Shown in pieces: positions 40,563-49,633 of a DNA stretch of 64,000 nucleotides. The notes under the pieces were generated by a model that saw only the letters and a list, made by a program, of their open reading frames with translations, made no database searches and had not been told where the DNA came from. Origin of the DNA: an uncultured Acidobacteriota bacterium (GTDB taxonomy: Bacteria; Acidobacteriota; Vicinamibacteria; Vicinamibacterales; UBA2999); contig CAVYVZ010000008.1 in the NCBI GenBank assembly GCA_963772065.1, positions 51,526 to 115,525 on the forward strand, read 5' to 3'. How positions within the stretch are numbered: position 1 is the first letter of the stretch; each line of letters starts with the position of its first letter. The position numbers and the translations under genes were made by a program.

Positions 40563-41353
40563 GGGTATGCGGCGAGGAGACGTCCGTCGAGCGCCACGAG
40601 CCGTGCGTCGAGCGCCTTGGATGCGCCGAGCATCCTCGCAATGCGCACGAACGGCAGCATGAACTCGCGGCCGCGCAGGCGCTCGAACGGACGACTGAAC
40701 GCTTCCATCTCTGAGGGCAGCAGCGGCCTCTCGTACGGCGAGACGTTCGGCTGCCGGTATGGAATCAACGGCCGCAGCGCGCGCATCAGGCGTGACTGGC
40801 GGATCGGCTCGCGGAAGATCGCCCGGCCTCCCGGGCGCAGGACGCGAAACACCTCGCGCGATGCGGCCGTGACATCGAGGTGATGCAGCACGACGTTGCC
40901 GACCACGAGGTCCATCGACGCGTCCGGAAGCGGAATCGCGTGCGCCGAACCGCACAGGAACCGAACGCTCTCCCGCACATCGTCTTCGACCGCCCGGCGC
41001 GCGGCCTGCTCCAGGAGATCGGGAGAGAGATCGAGTCCGTAGACACGGCACCCCCGCGCCGCCAGCAGCGCCGTATTGCAGCCGTCGCCGCATCCGAAGT
41101 CGAGCACGTCCCGGCCGCGGACGTCGCCGATCAGGTGATAGACGTATTCGAGGGGATACAGCGTGTCGGCTGGCGGGTTCGCGTAGCGCCGCAAAACACC
41201 GGGCGAGGTCGGCTGGACATCGCGACGCGCCGCCTGACCGCGGCTGCGCGCGATCTCGGCGCGCTCCCACTGAATCAGGCCGGATCGGCTAGCCATGCGC
41301 GGCCCGTTCATGCAAGGACCGAACCGGCCGTTGTGAGGCAGGGCATCCGGCAC
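40496..41353 (-). CDS. class I SAM-dependent methyltransferase
   Basis: VLDFGCGDGCNT motif I, LRPGGRAIF. Start uncertain (41353 / 41311 / 41296). Confidence 0.8.
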   Translation of the reverse strand: MPDALPHNGRFGPCMNGPRMASRSGLIQWERAEIARSRGQAARRDVQPTSPGVLRRYANPPADTLYPLEYVYHLIGDVRGRDVLDFGCGDGCNTALLAARGCRVYGLDLSPDLLEQAARRAVEDDVRESVRFLCGSAHAIPLPDASMDLVVGNVVLHHLDVTAASREVFRVLRPGGRAIFREPIRQSRLMRALRPLIPYRQPNVSPYERPLLPSEMEAFSRPFERLRGREFMLPFVRIARMLGASKALDARLVALDGRLLAAYPWLRTYATVTVFELRKPCPPVL

Positions 41354-41486
41354 GATGCCAGACGCCCCGCCGAGCCACCTTATTTACAGAGGGGGCAGCA
41401 ACCGGTCGCGGCGGTCTCGCGGCATCCTCTCAGATAGCGTGGCGGGTCATCCGACACCCTGTCAGCGTAGGGGCTCAAGTGGAGTG

Positions 41487-41531
41487 GAAGGTCAAGCTCT
41501 TGACCTTCAAGTCGTCTTGAGGGTGACAAAA
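41487..41531 (+). promoter_or_regulatory. MerR-type promoter/operator with 20-nt spacer and overlapping dyads
   Basis: Dyad GAAGGTCAAG-CT-CTTGACCTTC (41487-41508). TTGACC (41500-41505) + 20-nt spacer containing ACCTTCAAGTCGTCTTGAGGGT + ACAAAAT. Layout resembles E. coli PzntA TTGACT-ctggagtcgactccagagtg-TATCCT. Confidence 0.55.
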
Positions 41532-41538
41532 TAGGGGG

Positions 41539-41925
41539 ATGGCAGGCTTGCTGATCGGCGACGTGGCGAAGCGTGCAGGCGTGTCGCCTCCGACGATCCG
41601 GTACTACGAAGAGATCGGACTGCTGCCGGCAACGTCGCGATCTGCCTCCGGATACCGGCGATACTGGGACACGGCGGTGGAAGACCTTCGCTTCATCCGG
41701 AAGGCGCAGGCGCTCGGATTTGCTCTCGATGAAGTGGGCGAGATCCTCCGGTTGTCGCGTTCGGGGAAGCCGCCATGTGAGCGCGTGCTCTCGCTGGCGC
41801 ATGAGCATCTGGCTGCAATCGACGAACGCATCCGGCACCTTCAGAGCTGTCGCGATCATCTCGCGTCTGATCTCGCGAAATGGGACGCAGAGGGAACGTC
41901 CGTGACGTGCCGCGGCCTTTGCTAG
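41539..41925 (+). CDS. MerR-family heavy-metal-responsive transcriptional regulator
   Basis: IGDVAKRAGVSPPTIRYYEEIGLL HTH; C-terminal Cys cluster (PPC, QSC, VTCRGLC). Confidence 0.85.
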   Translation: MAGLLIGDVAKRAGVSPPTIRYYEEIGLLPATSRSASGYRRYWDTAVEDLRFIRKAQALGFALDEVGEILRLSRSGKPPCERVLSLAHEHLAAIDERIRHLQSCRDHLASDLAKWDAEGTSVTCRGLC

Positions 41926-42025
41926 TGGATCTCCGAAGCAGAGCCCGATTCGGAAAAGAGGAACGTCGCTGTCACGATGAAGCCGGTTCAGCGCGCCCGA
42001 CGTGCACGGAGCGGCCGGCGATGAG

Positions 42026-42053
42026 CACGCGCGAGACTCGCGCTCGTGTTTTT
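42026..42053 (+). terminator. putative intrinsic terminator/attenuator after merR
   Basis: CACGCGCGAG-A-CTCGCGCTCGTG stem (one bulge) followed by TTTTT; sits 13 nt before the next start codon. Confidence 0.45.
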
Positions 42054-42065
42054 GGGAGCTTCTGA

Positions 42066-43031
42066 ATGTTCAAGCGAACAATCTGCGCCATGGTGATCGC
42101 GGGGGCGGTATGGGCATTGCCCGCGCCTGCTTCCGCGCAAATGACGTGAAGCGGCTGCGCCAATCCGTACCTGCCAGGCTGGCGGGGCGTACTGACCGAA
42201 GGCGTCTCAGGAAGCCGCGTCAAGATCGGCGCCTGGTACGTGGCCGAGGATCGCGACGAGGCGTACGACGGATCCTCGGAAGTCGAGAACCCGATGCGCG
42301 AGCGCACTCGCATTCAGGTCCCGCTGCTCACCGTCGACGTTCGCGTGACGCAGCAATTCGGCGTACAGGCCGCTGCCAGCATTCCCGACGTCACGCGCAG
42401 CGCCGTGGTGCCGCGTCCGACTGGTGCGATCGACTTCTCAGAAACATTCAGCGGAATTGGCGACACGTCGGTACTCGGCTGGTACAAACTGCGGCCGATG
42501 CGCGGCTGGTACACGGTGCTGAACGCGGGCGCGTCGCTGCCGACCGGAAAGACGGAAACCCCCCGCTTCCGCAGCGAGCTCGAGGGTGGCAGCCTCGTAC
42601 CTCTTTCCCGTCTTCAGCGCGGTTCCGGTACGTTCGACCCGCTGTTTGGCTTGAACGTCGCCCGGCGCTTTCAACCGTTGACGGTGTTCAGCAGTGTCGC
42701 CGCGCGGACGCCTGTTGCGAAGAATGACGACGGGCTGCGAACCGGTGCATCGTGGGAGATCAACAGCGGGCTCGCCCGCGACGTCGGAACGTCTCGCGTC
42801 TCAGCGCTTGCGCGTGTCGGCTGGCTGCACCGTCAGCAGGATTCGTTTCGGGGGACGCCCGTTCTCGTCGGCGGCGGGAACTGGCTGTACGTGACGCCAG
42901 GTCTCGCCGCGCAGATCGGCAAGGGCGTCAACGTGCAGGCGGAAGTGAAGGTTCCGGTCTACCGGTCGCTCGCGAACAAGCAGCTGGATTCGTCGGCGAT
43001 CTTCCAATTCGGGATCAGTCGCGCATTCTGA
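42066..43031 (+). CDS. outer-membrane beta-barrel transporter-like protein (MetA-pathway/phenol-degradation-like family) with in-frame TGA at codon 28
   Basis: ATG 42066 gives signal peptide MFKRTICAMVIAGAVWALPAPASA. TGA at 42147-42149 is in the same frame as the 263-aa barrel ORF (42240-43031), which ends ...IFQFGISRAF. Confidence 0.6.
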
Positions 43032-43076
43032 AAGGGCACATCAGAGAGGGCGATCAGAACAAGCCTGAATGGATTG

Positions 43077-43097
43077 GTGGTGGCCAGGGGCGGAATT
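43077..43097 (-). repeat. direct repeat of the tRNA-Phe 3' end (att-like)
   Basis: TGGTGGCCAGGGGCGGAATTG vs tRNA 46209-46229 TGGTGGCCAGGGACGGAATTG (20/21), same orientation. Confidence 0.75.
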
Positions 43098-43340
43098 GTG
43101 CCCGCTCGCGCGGCCGAGAGGCCGCGCGACGTGCTCGGAGCCTCCTTTTCCGCGGCGTTCATCTGCGAGGATCCGAATCCACCTGCGGAAGACGCTCACA
43201 CCGAAACGTCTCACAGCTCTGCGCCCTGCCGGAGAACGCGCTCGGCCTGCGTTCGCGTCTGCGTGCCGGACGCAGCGCGCGAGGATGGGAACCTCTTGCG
43301 GGTGGGACTATAATCGCCGCCCTGCCTTGAGGTGCCCCTC

Positions 43341-44027
43341 ATGCGGAAGACACTCGCGTTCGTTGGCGTCGCGTTCGTTCTGTTGTCCGCCTCGGCTCAC
43401 GCGAAATCCGTGACACTCGACTTCGAGGGGAGCGGATGGGGCTTCAATGACCATGAGTGGAAATTTCTTGGCTGTGGCACCCTTCCCGAGCAGTGCTCCT
43501 TCTGGGAGGGGTTGGCGGCAATCGGCGTAACTGAAGGATCGAGTATCTATTGGTCCCTCACGTTCGATGACAGCCTTCCGCCTCTCGACACGTTCGGCAC
43601 CTATAGCGCGCTAAGAGGGGAAGTCACAATCGGCAGGAACTCGTATGCGTTGATCTCGCCGACCTTTTCGTTGGCCCCCTCTGGATCAATCGGGATGTTC
43701 AACGGGATGACGGGACCCTCGCTACCGCCCTCCAATGGGTTGGCGCTGGTGCCGGGGTTCTTCCAATTCGGCTACTCATCAGCGGGCTTGATGGCCAGCC
43801 AGCTATCGTTAATCGACTGGACCAACCCTTCGCTCTTCACCTCAAGTAGCTCCAACCTGGCCTTCGTGGGCTTCAATCCAGGTAATAACATTGGCATCGT
43901 CCAGCCTCGCTTGATCAGCGTCCGCGTGCCCGAGCAGACGTCACTGCGCATGCTGATGAGCGGTCTACTTGTCCTCATGGTGTTCAGTGTCACACGCCCG
44001 AGTAGATCAGCCAGAAATTCAACCTGA
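43341..44027 (+). CDS. secreted protein with PEP-CTERM-like sorting signal
   Basis: MRKTLAFVGVAFVLLSASAHA signal; C-terminal VPEQ + TM (LMSGLLVLMVFSV) + basic tail RPSRSAR. Confidence 0.6.
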   Translation: MRKTLAFVGVAFVLLSASAHAKSVTLDFEGSGWGFNDHEWKFLGCGTLPEQCSFWEGLAAIGVTEGSSIYWSLTFDDSLPPLDTFGTYSALRGEVTIGRNSYALISPTFSLAPSGSIGMFNGMTGPSLPPSNGLALVPGFFQFGYSSAGLMASQLSLIDWTNPSLFTSSSSNLAFVGFNPGNNIGIVQPRLISVRVPEQTSLRMLMSGLLVLMVFSVTRPSRSARNST

Positions 44028-44254
44028 CCTATCGGAACAGCGATGCGGTTCCGACTAGACCGAGCCGCCTATCGCCACGGCGGGTGCTAAGCATACCGAG
44101 AGAATAGCTGTCGCTCGCTTGATCGCATCGATAGCGGGTGCGCGCGTGTCCTGAAATGGACCCCGACGGCCACTTTCGGCACAGTCGGTTCATCGGCTTG
44201 CGCGAAGACAGGCCCGCGCGAGAAGTGAGGCGCGAGTAAGCGCCGGCGATCTTT

Positions 44255-44548
44255 TTATCGCGGCCAGCGACGACGCTCTGAGGTGAACTGCTCAAGCACA
44301 TAGCCAGACGCGATTAACTGCGCCTCGAGTTGCGTCTGATGCTCAATCAGCTGGAGGACATCCGGGAAATCGTATGCTGCTCTGTTTTTGCTCGGTCCCT
44401 TGACGGTGAGGCGGCCGCCGCTTCCGACAGCAGTGGCCTCTATGCGGACCGATTCAGGCCCTCGCGTGAAGAGCCATGCGACGCGGGGAGCTTCCGGCGC
44501 GAAAACCACTGGACACTGCGTATCGGATCTGCGGCCGCGTGGCTTCAA
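44255..44548 (-). CDS. hypothetical protein (97 aa)
   Basis: ORF only; no recognizable motif. In the islet. Confidence 0.3.
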   Translation of the reverse strand: MKPRGRRSDTQCPVVFAPEAPRVAWLFTRGPESVRIEATAVGSGGRLTVKGPSKNRAAYDFPDVLQLIEHQTQLEAQLIASGYVLEQFTSERRRWPR

Positions 44549-44690
44549 CGGGTGTCCTTAATGAACCAAATGAACGCTCTACCCGTTGAGTTCGGCGTTC
44601 ACGACAGCGCATTGGAACAAAGGCCGGGTTGTCGTCAGGACGCGCTCGGCCAGCACCCGAATAGCCCGAGCGACTTCAACACGCCGACAT

Positions 44691-45002
44691 TCACCGAGCC
44701 GGCGTCACGCCAGGTATGGAAACTACTCTCACATCGCGATCCTGCTCTCGAATCGCGGAACTGAGCCAAGCGCCACGTCGATACACTTCCAACCGCCGGA
44801 CACCCACCCAACGGCGCTCAGCGAGCTGCAACGCTTCGTCATGCGTGGAGGCTACGATGGAATCTTCCCGCCGGTTGTTGACCCAAACGTAAAACTCAAT
44901 CGCCCCGTCCCGAACCTTGCCAGTCATGCGCCTTGCCTCTTCGGAAGAGATCCAAGCCACAGGCAAGCCCATGCGCAAAGAGGGCGCCTGCCGCTCAGTC
45001 AA
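44691..45002 (-). CDS. hypothetical protein (up to 103 aa)
   Basis: ORF only; start uncertain. Confidence 0.3.
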   Translation of the reverse strand: MTERQAPSLRMGLPVAWISSEEARRMTGKVRDGAIEFYVWVNNRREDSIVASTHDEALQLAERRWVGVRRLEVYRRGAWLSSAIREQDRDVRVVSIPGVTPAR

Positions 45003-45100
45003 ACGCAGTATCGAAGAAAGCCCTCGGGCGCATTAGGGCATCTAACGGGGCCGATGCATTTTGTGAAGGCTGGATGGGGAGCTCTGTCGTCAAGGGTGAA

Positions 45101-45367
45101 TCACCATTGATCAGGTTTGGTTCGCTCGACCGTGGGAGACCGAGGCGGCCTCGGAACCTCCTCGTCCATGTCATTCAGGGCTCGCCCCAAGAGCATCTGG
45201 CGAAGTTCGCGTAGTTCGTTGGCCGACCGGATTTGCTCCTGTTCGAGCTCAGCGATCCGTGACTCTATGTCGCCCAAGGTGAAGTGCGAGGTACCCATAC
45301 CGGCGTTTACGATCCGGCAAGTGCCTCCGTTTAGCGACAATTCTGCGACGCTGAAGAGCGCGTGCAA
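45101..45367 (-). CDS. hypothetical small coiled-coil protein
   Basis: IESRIAELEQEQIRSANELRELRQML heptad-like segment. Alternative start ATG 45298. Confidence 0.3.
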   Translation of the reverse strand: MHALFSVAELSLNGGTCRIVNAGMGTSHFTLGDIESRIAELEQEQIRSANELRELRQMLLGRALNDMDEEVPRPPRSPTVERTKPDQW

Positions 45368-45431
45368 GGAAGAGCGGCGAAGGGCACACGGGATCGGACC
45401 GCCGATGGGTGCGGCTCCGCCGGGCGGGGTG

Positions 45432-45680
45432 CTACCGGAACAGGTCGACGGCGGACAGCAGCGCCATAACCACGAACATGCCGATCAGCCACGCCCTTGT
45501 CCGCGGCGTCGCCGTTCGCGGCGGGCGCACGAACCACCAGATCGCAAACACCGAAAAGGCGATCAGTGAGATCCAGTCCTGCGTGGTTGCGCTCCACGGC
45601 AGCCTGAGGCCGAATGACACAGCGACAAGTACGGCGATGAACAATGCGGCGGACCAGAGAGTCGCCGTCAGCGTACTCAT
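45432..45680 (-). CDS. hypothetical 3-TM membrane protein (82 aa)
   Basis: ATG 45680 MSTLTATLWSAALFIAVLVAV...; three hydrophobic helices. Confidence 0.4.
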   Translation of the reverse strand: MSTLTATLWSAALFIAVLVAVSFGLRLPWSATTQDWISLIAFSVFAIWWFVRPPRTATPRTRAWLIGMFVVMALLSAVDLFR

Positions 45681-45706
45681 GGTTATCCCTCGCGATACCG
45701 CGTCAC

Positions 45707-46114
45707 TTATGAACGCCTGGAGAATAGCGCGGGGCCTGCGCCGGCTGGCCCACGCTGAACGATCGGCCGGCGCCGCGAAGGCTTCCCAACCCGCGGCGCC
45801 GTCGCTCCTGAGGCGCGTATGGGCTGATCGACGGATAGGGCGGTACCGCCGTTTGCGAACTCCACGATCGCGCCATGCTCGTCGACGAGGAAGACACCGA
45901 TCGCCGCTCCGCGGCCGACATTCTTGATAAGCAGTTTCGTGGGGTCGAGAAGGTTCGTTCCTTTGATGAATGCAGGGGCCAAGCGCAGCGCCGGAGAATG
46001 CGCGAGGCGCAATAACAGCCAGTGCCGTTCGGCATAAATGAGCGCGCCGGCTGACACGAAGGTCGTGGCGACAGCACCGACCATCGTCCACACGCCTTCG
46101 TCCGTCCAATCCAC
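45707..46114 (-). CDS. hypothetical protein with N-terminal TM helix
   Basis: ORF only; adjacent to the tRNA. Not integrase-like. Confidence 0.3.
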   Translation of the reverse strand: MDWTDEGVWTMVGAVATTFVSAGALIYAERHWLLLRLAHSPALRLAPAFIKGTNLLDPTKLLIKNVGRGAAIGVFLVDEHGAIVEFANGGTALSVDQPIRASGATAPRVGKPSRRRPIVQRGPAGAGPALFSRRS

Positions 46115-46208
46115 GCGCTCGTTACCCCTGCGTTACCCTAAGCCAAAAAAGGGTTTCATGGGCGGCCGTTGCATGGGCGACAAGTACTTGTGTGGTAATG
46201 GTTTGTTT

Positions 46209-46284
46209 TGGTGGCCAGGGACGGAATTGAACCGCCGACACCGTGATTTTCAGTCACGTGCTCTACCAACTGAGCTACCTGGCC
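46209..46284 (-). tRNA. tRNA-Phe (GAA), CCA encoded
   Basis: Manual fold: acceptor GGCCAGG/CCTGGCC, D-arm GCTC-AGTTGGTA-GAGC, anticodon stem CGTGA/TCACG with loop CTGAAAA, T-arm GGCGG-TTCAATT-CCGTC, 76 nt. Confidence 0.9.
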
Positions 46285-46394
46285 GGGCTGCTACGGCGCG
46301 CAAAGAGCCTGCAGGAACAGACCTCCGAGTATAACAAGCCCCGCGCGTACAGAGAAACGCCGCCAGCACCGGACTGGCGGCGTTTCGACTTCCG

Positions 46395-49344
46395 TTAGAA
46401 GCCGTAGCGGATGTTGATCTGCGCCGTGCGGGTCGGGCTGCCGTCGACGACCTGTGTCAAGACCAGGAACGATGCCGGCACGCGACGATCGCTCGACGTG
46501 TTCGCGGTATTCGGACTCGCAAAGTTCGGCTCGTTGGTCGCGTTGAACAAGATCCAGGAACGCATCGAGCGTCCGGCCGCCTGCCATGCGGAACCGATAG
46601 CCGGCACGGAAGTCGAGCCGCTGGTAGTTGGGACCGCGCGCGCCGTTGCGTCCGCCCTTGTAGTCGATGCTAATGGAGTCCCGTCCGACACCACTGTAGC
46701 TGCCTGCCGGCAGGTACTCGTTCGTCGTCAGGCCGTTCCGATCGCTGTCCAGCGAGGTATCGACCAGCGAGAACGGCGTCCCGCTTCGCGCGCTGTACAC
46801 AGCGCTGAGCTTCAGCCCTCCGGTCCGCGGCACGTCATACGAACCGCTCGCCGTCAGGATGTGCGGCCGGTCGACGTTCGTCGGCCCCTCCTCGGTATCC
46901 AGCCTCAGATCACCGAGGAACTGCGAGGGCTGAGTCAGGACTGCCTGACCGTCAGGCGTGTTGCCTCGGCCGCGCGACCACGCGTACGAAAGGCGCCCTT
47001 GCCAGCGGTCCGCGTACCGCTTCGTGCCCGACACCTGGACGGTGTCGTAATTGATCGTACCGTCGTTCGTCACGGTCAAGACGCTCGCCGCCCACTCGCC
47101 GACGCTGCCAATCAACGGGTTCGTCCGGGTCACCGTGCCCGTCGCCAGCGCCGTACTGCGAACGCCAGGGTTCAGCTCCTTCAGGATGTACTGGTTCCGC
47201 TGTTCGCTGCGGATGTAGTCGACGCTCAGGCCAATCGTGGAGCCAAACTGTCGCTCGTAGCCCAAGCTGTACTGCCGCGAGTACGAGTTCTTCCGGTCCG
47301 GGTTGTCGAAGCGAACCGTGCCGCTATTGCGCACGCGCGTGCCCGGAGGGAACAGCGCATCGACGGCGGCGTGGTTCACAGTTGGTCCGTTCACGAGCAT
47401 CGGATCCGTTGGGAAGTTTCCCAGCCTCGGTCCTGGATCGACGTTGTTCGTCGGGAAGTTCACGAGGAAGGAATCCGAAAAGCGGCCGGCCGAGAACATG
47501 TTCGTCAGGAACGTGTATGACGTGCGCTGGTAGAACACGCCGAAGCCCCCGCGCATCGCCGAACGCCCAGCGTCGTCCAGCGCCCATGAGAAGCCGAGCC
47601 TCGGTGAGACGTTGTTCATGTCCCGTGGATACGAGCCGGCGTCACTCGCAAACAACGGGTTGTCCTGGTTGGGTGTCGGCAGAACCTCGAAGTCGTAGCG
47701 CGTGCCAAGGCTGAGCGTGAAGTTGTCGCGGACCTTCCACTTGTCCTGCGCGAACAGCCCCACGAAGTGACCCTTCATGTAGAAGTCGACGGGACCGGGC
47801 ACCCGGATCTGGAGACGCTCGGGATACGTTCGCGGATTGTTTCGATCGAACGGAAGATCCGTGTTGAGCACGAACAGCCCGTTCTCGGTGCTGTAATCCT
47901 GAATGCGCAGCGAGGAATACAGGTAGCTGAACCCGAACTTCAGATCGTGGTCGCCGCCTTTGCCGGGGACGAACCACGCGAACACATCGTCGGCACCGTA
48001 CGCCAGATCGAGGCGACGGTTCGCGCGTGCGCTCTGCTGATCCTGGAAGCTGAGGTAGTTCAGCTGCGGCAGCAGGATCTTCTGGTCGTGTCCGTTGGTG
48101 TTGAAATTCGGGTTGCCGAAGAACACGTCTTCGTTCACCGCCGACACGCGGAACGTATTCACTCTCGTCGAGCCGAGCACCGAGCTCAGGTTGCCGACAA
48201 TCGTCCAGTCGACGTCGGTTTCCGCCTCATGGCGCGATGGGGTGTGGTTCTCAGCCTGTATCTGCAAAGGCTGCGGCGACGTTTCTCGCAGCCAGCGCAT
48301 CCCGTAGGTGTTGCTGGCGTTGATCTGGTGATCGGCGCGCAGGAACGTATTCCACACGCGCGACTTCTCGAAGTCCGTGCGCGCCAGATCGGGACGGGTC
48401 GCGATGTTCGTTGTCACCGCCGCGTCGAGCACGATCCGTTCGAGGCTGAAGAAGTAGTGCGCCTTGTCCTTGATGATCGGACCGCCGATCGTGCCACCCC
48501 ACTGCTGCTGCGTCGACTCCGCTTCCTCGAGACCGTCGCGCTTCGCGAAGTAGTCGATCGACGCCAGCTTCTCATCCTGATAGAAGAGAAATGCGCTGCC
48601 GTGGTACTGGTTCGTGCCCGTCTTCGAGACCGAGTTGACGATGCCGCCTGAGGCCAGGCCGTATTCGGCGTCGAACTGACTGGTGAGGAGCTGGAACTCC
48701 TGCACGGCCTCGACCGGCACGCGCGCCTGCGCGCCGCCGTTGCCGCCGTTGAAGGTGTCGTTGTTGTTCGAGCCGTCCATCGTGTAGTTGACGTTTCGAA
48801 CGTTCTGTCCGGCGACGCTGATGGAGTCGGCGCCGAACGTCGTCGCGGAAATGCTGGCCACGACGCCCGGCAGCATTCCGAGATAGCCGGCGAAGTTACG
48901 GTTGAATGATGGCGTATCGACGAATTCCTGCGCGCTGATGTGCCCGCCGATCTCCTTCGACGTCGTGTCGACGAGCGGCGCCTCTGCGGTGACGGTGATC
49001 GATTCCGCAATCGCGCCGACCTCCAGCGGGATCTCGATTTGCGTGGTGCGGCCGACCTCGAGCCGAACGTCGCGCCGCTGGTACTTCTTGAATCCCTGCA
49101 ACGATGCCTCGATCTCGTAGAGCGCGGGTGTCATCGCGCTCAAGAAGAACGAACCATCAGGGCCGCTCGTTGTCTCGCGGAATTGTCCGCTGGCCTGGTT
49201 GCGGACCACGATATTGACGCCAGGCAGAGCGGCCTGCTGCGCGTCCACGACGCGGCCGCTCATGTCGGCGGTGCCCTGCTGGGCGAGCACCGACGCCCCG
49301 ACCGCCGTTGAAATCAGAAACGCCAGGACAATCACACGCCGCAT
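46395..49344 (-). CDS. TonB-dependent receptor with N-terminal CarboxypepD_reg-like domain; apparent frameshift near the C-terminus
   Basis: Signal peptide, GRVVDAQQAALPGVNIVV...TSGPDGSFFL, plug and barrel. The last 50 aa (FNATNEPNF...QINIRYGF, terminal Phe) are in the frame of track ORF 46395-46694; shift near 46546-46551. Confidence 0.85.
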
Positions 49345-49633
49345 GGGAATACCCTCCTGAAAAGCTCCGCACGCGACATTCGCGCGCTGAGGATCCGCAA
49401 AAACAACCGATCAAATGACCGAGACCGAAAGGCAAGGACGAGACGGCCCCCTCGAGGAAACCGTCTCGATCAACAAACGCAGCGGATAAGGGCAGCCGGC
49501 GTAGCGCGCCGAGTCATAAGCAGCACAGATGGAAACGCGCAGATAGTAGCATGGCTGCGGAAACCGCGCACGCCCGATGTGACGAGACGCTGCCAGGCGG
49601 TAACGGGCCATTTTCGTCAATAATCGCGGGGCG

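Larger units (their letters stand above)
43077..46208. mobile_element. small lower-GC islet bounded by tRNA-Phe and a partial copy of it; no integrase present (remnant?)
   Basis: Boundary repeats as above. Visibly AT-richer sequence. Only short ORFan-like genes plus a PEP-CTERM protein. Confidence 0.5.

Noticed and set aside
42147-42149. Selenocysteine reading of the in-frame TGA (U-S-G-C)
   Set aside because: I saw no convincing SECIS-like stem-loop immediately downstream, and the protein is an outer-membrane barrel, an unlikely selenoprotein. It is kept only as a low-probability alternative in the findings.
43105-43128. 10-bp GC hairpin TCGCGCGGCC-GAGA-GGCCGCGCGA as an intrinsic terminator of the barrel gene
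   Set aside because: It is 75 nt from the stop and has no adjacent T-run. It may simply mark the islet boundary.
49345-49633. Possible riboswitch or regulatory RNA in the 289-nt spacer upstream of the TonB receptor and czcC (hairpin GAGACGG...CCGTCTC)
   Set aside because: It is only one short stem, and I could not match any riboswitch consensus (for example cobalamin) by eye. The evidence is insufficient.
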